From Candidatus Poribacteria bacterium (GTDB lineage Bacteria; Poribacteria; WGA-4E; UBA9662): a stretch of 64,000 bases of DNA. The notes under the pieces are model-generated. The model did no database searches. It was not told where the DNA came from and was given only the letters and a program-made list of their open reading frames with translations. Both the position numbers and the translations under genes were made by a program. Within the stretch, counting starts at the first letter, position 1. Each line of letters opens with the position of its first letter. Below, in pieces: positions 62,401-64,000 of this stretch. The stretch spans positions 1-64,000 of the forward strand of contig JAYGDX010000208.1 of NCBI GenBank assembly GCA_046582655.1, in the 5' to 3' direction.

Positions 62401-64000
62401 CGCTGAGAAGCGCTAGATTAAATCAGTTAACTTTCCACAATTTAAAGGTTGGTCACCACACATTTTCAGCAAAATTGACTAATGATTCACGCACCACAGT
62501 TCGCAATTTCACAATAGTACCAACTTTCACTGTAGAGATTGAGCCAAACAATTCTCCTTTTACTGCTACGCCTTTGACGAGTAACGGAATTATGCTCGGG
62601 TCAACAAATGCTGAGCTTGATATTGATTGGTTTCAGGTAACGCTAAATAGGGAAACAAGCAGCCAACTCGATCTACATTTTGATCGGTCACAGGGAATTG
62701 GTCGAACCAATATAACTGTTCTATCATCAGATCTACAGGTTCTAAGCGAAATAGCGGCTGATCCATCGACACGCCAACGGATTCAGATAAGTCTTGGTAT
62801 TGGATTTGGGACCGACGATCTGCTGATAAAAGTGCAAGCGTCAGGAGAGAATCCAGCTGCTACCTACAATCTGTCCATAGCAAAGATACGGAGATTACCA
62901 GTATCTATATTGGAAATTGAACCCAACGATACACTTGAAGTAACGCAATCTATTGACCTAGGCAATCAGGTTTTCGAAATTGTGGGGCGTGCGGATCGAC
63001 CTCAGGACATTGATTATTTTGAACTTAATGTTCCTCTTCAGAAACTATTGACCATTAATTTCCAGTCTACTCCGAAAGCAACTGTACAGATATTGTCGGA
63101 AAAAGAGCAAATTGGTCAACTTGATAGCAAAAATAAGAATTGGGAAACAATGCTAACAACCGGCAGATATAAACTGCGAGTAGCGAATGCAAATGGTACT
63201 TATCGAATTGCCATCAAACCAAAAGAGGTCTTATTGGACAAATGGGAACTCGAACCCAACGGTGACATCAGATTTGCTACTTTAATCAAGTCCAATACGG
63301 TAGTCAACGGTTCGCTATCATTAACCGATCGAGATTGGTTCAAGCTAGTTACTAATGAGCGTGGTATTCTTAGTGTGGCGCTTTCTGGTGAATCGATACA
63401 AGAGGCAAAATTGACTCTGCATTCTGTGGTTGGCGGAACAATCAAACCCAAGATTCTATCAGCCACCAACACCACTACTTTTTCAATCGATGCTTTTCCA
63501 GGTACCTATTACCTGAAGATCGAGGCCAACGCTTCGTTTAGCAAATACCAGCTGACGCCCGTTTTGGTTACCAAGATTTCTCATAATGCCGTTGATCGGA
63601 TTTTGGGAACAAACGAGACCCTAACTGTCCAGTTTGATTGGATTCCTGATCAGCAAGCTAACCTTCGGATCGTAAAAGCTGAACAGGTTATTGACATTCG
63701 TCCGATGACCCATCAGGGTAATGGTCACTATGTGAGTCAGCTAAAAATGACTGACAATCTGGCTGTCGTAAAAGGCAGTCTTATCGTCGATCTAGCCATA
63801 TCAAACCATCCAGATCTTATCAACAGCTTTCTGATTGAAGATTCCATTCACATTGATACTCTACCACCTAAAATCGAGCGAATTTCCCATAAATCTGTCA
63901 GGCCTAACGGCACAGTGCTGCCGGTTGGCCTCGACCAAAATTTGATTATTCGTATGGTTGGTGAAGCTAGATCAATGGCTAGGTTTCGCATTGAAGCCGA
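56445..64000 (+). CDS. Giant secreted repeat protein, partial (>2518 aa): PPC-like and fibronectin-III-like repeats
   Basis: ATG 56445 MLGSKRLFLSVLFLVLIPFFAYAQQ signal; frame open in all segments translated, including the last line; eight ExEPN(N/D)...DxDW(F/Y)-like repeats and five AxDxPxDxG...W-like repeats; absent from ORF track because it has no stop in the window. Confidence 0.9.
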   Translation, partial: MLGSKRLFLSVLFLVLIPFFAYAQQTPETRIISGVSGTVSHGDVVFMWMGQSTDRPILGYYYTLGNAEPVFTDATQVTFFDLFDGIYSFSISAIDIDGVIDPTPAFENFQVSRNVQLEVEFNGQSNFANYLQSGRILQGMSLNQHDDDWYKFDVSNVGAITVSLKRVGGTGLATAKIYQKIASDANKIAEFHIDQQNAQRQIMTIGVAEGSYFIQIQPGIVDFDFTGYTLAVSPNKLGDGVAWDVENNDTFADASPLKFPANQQLTLIGSQNSIGDLDWFTLQILRRQKLKVIFERLGASSQTMTYLYRSPVGNEVSRQVGLLEATTLNGHFAQLETYVAPGNYLFKIDNGTFQEAINYVVLLQLEEIGVGMITEFEPNNISPLLNPNSADRISLGKTLVGSSWNGNEDIDWFQISIPNLDRLDQSILHISFERSLGIGSTRLEVFSHSGIKVGELKISAQNDQSGQLSVPVNNRTLILRLTPTHESAMADYRLRPTLIKSARHLAEKALVLDEKLIVEVKLSQSVSAATFDLIGDFTSPSADFRTKNIPLIATESSGNDTALTGSYQMLLGDDATSVTVMVKLTDSDNRILNINLPNQIEIDTTVPEIKLLEHNGRGVLIAGDQLEVVLHGDVEDVEASVEIIDAETGFKAVKIPMKRIDNNWQAIYQVKPSDTIKNGIVVARLTDDAGNTATAQTQRQVNLIGKSPKIISVDHDADLPLGLGQTLTVTMVATTNGTATFSINDPTSMTGDGQGVYVGRYIVQEGDQLKDAKISIGFVDQSGQRVDIEVSKSLTIDGNLPESVRVLEAVDVPDDQGFRIHLKWEPSVDPTLSHYNVYLSDRPIREVGKPILGNLKTTSTVLSVPLNNVPFYIAITATDSVGNVSRISAESVVNRVKTIDNLPPNPVVLVSAIDTPDDAGKSVTVSWTHPSFDSDFHKYRIYASELSPTNSSAVLELQSEIFNVALTSVDVSTVIDNKDQFFLVTAIDKSGNESAIVEGAISAATHSTANVILDSDGLLRFQTAPIGLIHYNSPSFRWSSFRSETKYRYQLDQHSPRIINATKLLLRDLAPGSHQLRVETLDGKQSVIRRFSVSDSLLSENEPNNNSDQANNLPLNWEIRADAADIDFYQIQVEHKGVLDIYLGRNISPLTITVYRGQQPIAVGQVQPNKLSPISIGVLPESYLVVVENDSQAVSLYSLSTQFTISEMWETEPNDQVASPMPIDTVIRGSQTRQGDRDLHRLQLNQAGLLVVNVTSEDENPNMELILKDETGVVGRSKESVMTAEVKSGTYFLEITPESEYRLIATLVERANFWIDDGTKNPPRNLLRSGDSLVVDISWHGETSFSLDGVTSEVALKNPASIKIPNNLDISDVSIGVTLVNSRQNAIHFELSPPLEIHTTTPNSIQNLVAFDTPDDAGGNVTLSWARPGDLANLAGYKIYLFDEGPEEDPSASRLESEVNDPLITQISISTDVDDIDLFFAVIAVDLYGNESKITDSSTDGPVRSTNNKMPPNIISARHNATKTLVNGDILNVELTGDRSKTASFSITGVVENIKLFDDGKHDDKEANDGHYAGSYQVKPKDLAINTLVEVTLNDGKGNHATQAVAPTISVDAIPPRIKELAHDAKTPLKAGDTLSISLLAESNIIVKFEIVDKDRIVIDTNRFSLVQNIQLEDNQKPDGDKAFTMPMIDFRSSLVIQEGDDLTDGHVRATVQKLTGKAIILMSTTALTVDTISPDKVADLTAVDRPSDQGYVVRLSWQANQNSDFDHYRIYLSNTPISPYSLESIKFLTTKTESEMVKVEQNNADIYLAVTAVDVAGNIQQDLSMVTTQAIDNIPPVPVQIVLATDSPNDFGGQVTLALRSPNFEPDFAGYRVYVSGDKIAATQGLRPILTIPDRNLVNIDVPSPSDKQPYFYAITAIDTSANESQLNTGSVTLAIQSANNIGREIENPVQIVSGPIGTVRRKAVTFHLFSMAESPIVFSLNNQPLRSARLNQLTFHNLKVGHHTFSAKLTNDSRTTVRNFTIVPTFTVEIEPNNSPFTATPLTSNGIMLGSTNAELDIDWFQVTLNRETSSQLDLHFDRSQGIGRTNITVLSSDLQVLSEIAADPSTRQRIQISLGIGFGTDDLLIKVQASGENPAATYNLSIAKIRRLPVSILEIEPNDTLEVTQSIDLGNQVFEIVGRADRPQDIDYFELNVPLQKLLTINFQSTPKATVQILSEKEQIGQLDSKNKNWETMLTTGRYKLRVANANGTYRIAIKPKEVLLDKWELEPNGDIRFATLIKSNTVVNGSLSLTDRDWFKLVTNERGILSVALSGESIQEAKLTLHSVVGGTIKPKILSATNTTTFSIDAFPGTYYLKIEANASFSKYQLTPVLVTKISHNAVDRILGTNETLTVQFDWIPDQQANLRIVKAEQVIDIRPMTHQGNGHYVSQLKMTDNLAVVKGSLIVDLAISNHPDLINSFLIEDSIHIDTLPPKIERISHKSVRPNGTVLPVGLDQNLIIRMVGEARSMARFRIEA

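Noticed and set aside
1..64000. tRNA, rRNA, CRISPR array, integrase, prophage genes
   Set aside because: None recognised on manual reading; tRNAscan-SE and cmscan would be needed to exclude them formally

Overview
Bacterial chromosomal window, most likely Candidatus Poribacteria. This is an inference from gene content: three PhyH dioxygenases, two sulfatases, a LamG remnant, a DUF6785-type membrane protein and giant secreted proteins ending in 'NYPNPFNPETWIP'. It has two parts. About 1-30.8 kb is a mosaic accessory region of catabolic and transport genes mixed with many frameshifted or truncated remnants and an IS5-family relic. That region is punctuated by at least five copies of an unannotated promoter-bearing repeat that sits at gene junctions. 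About 30.9-64 kb is intact. It holds folD, purD, cimA with an Ile-rich leader-peptide attenuator, a DUF362/transglutaminase/MoxR operon, a Type IIG-like restriction-modification protein whose methyltransferase motifs are degenerate, and three giant surface proteins with cohesin/dockerin, Ig/cadherin-like and PPC/FN3 repeats. The last of these is missing from the ORF track because it runs off the right edge. No rRNA, tRNA or CRISPR array was seen. All family assignments come from motif recognition by eye, not database searches.
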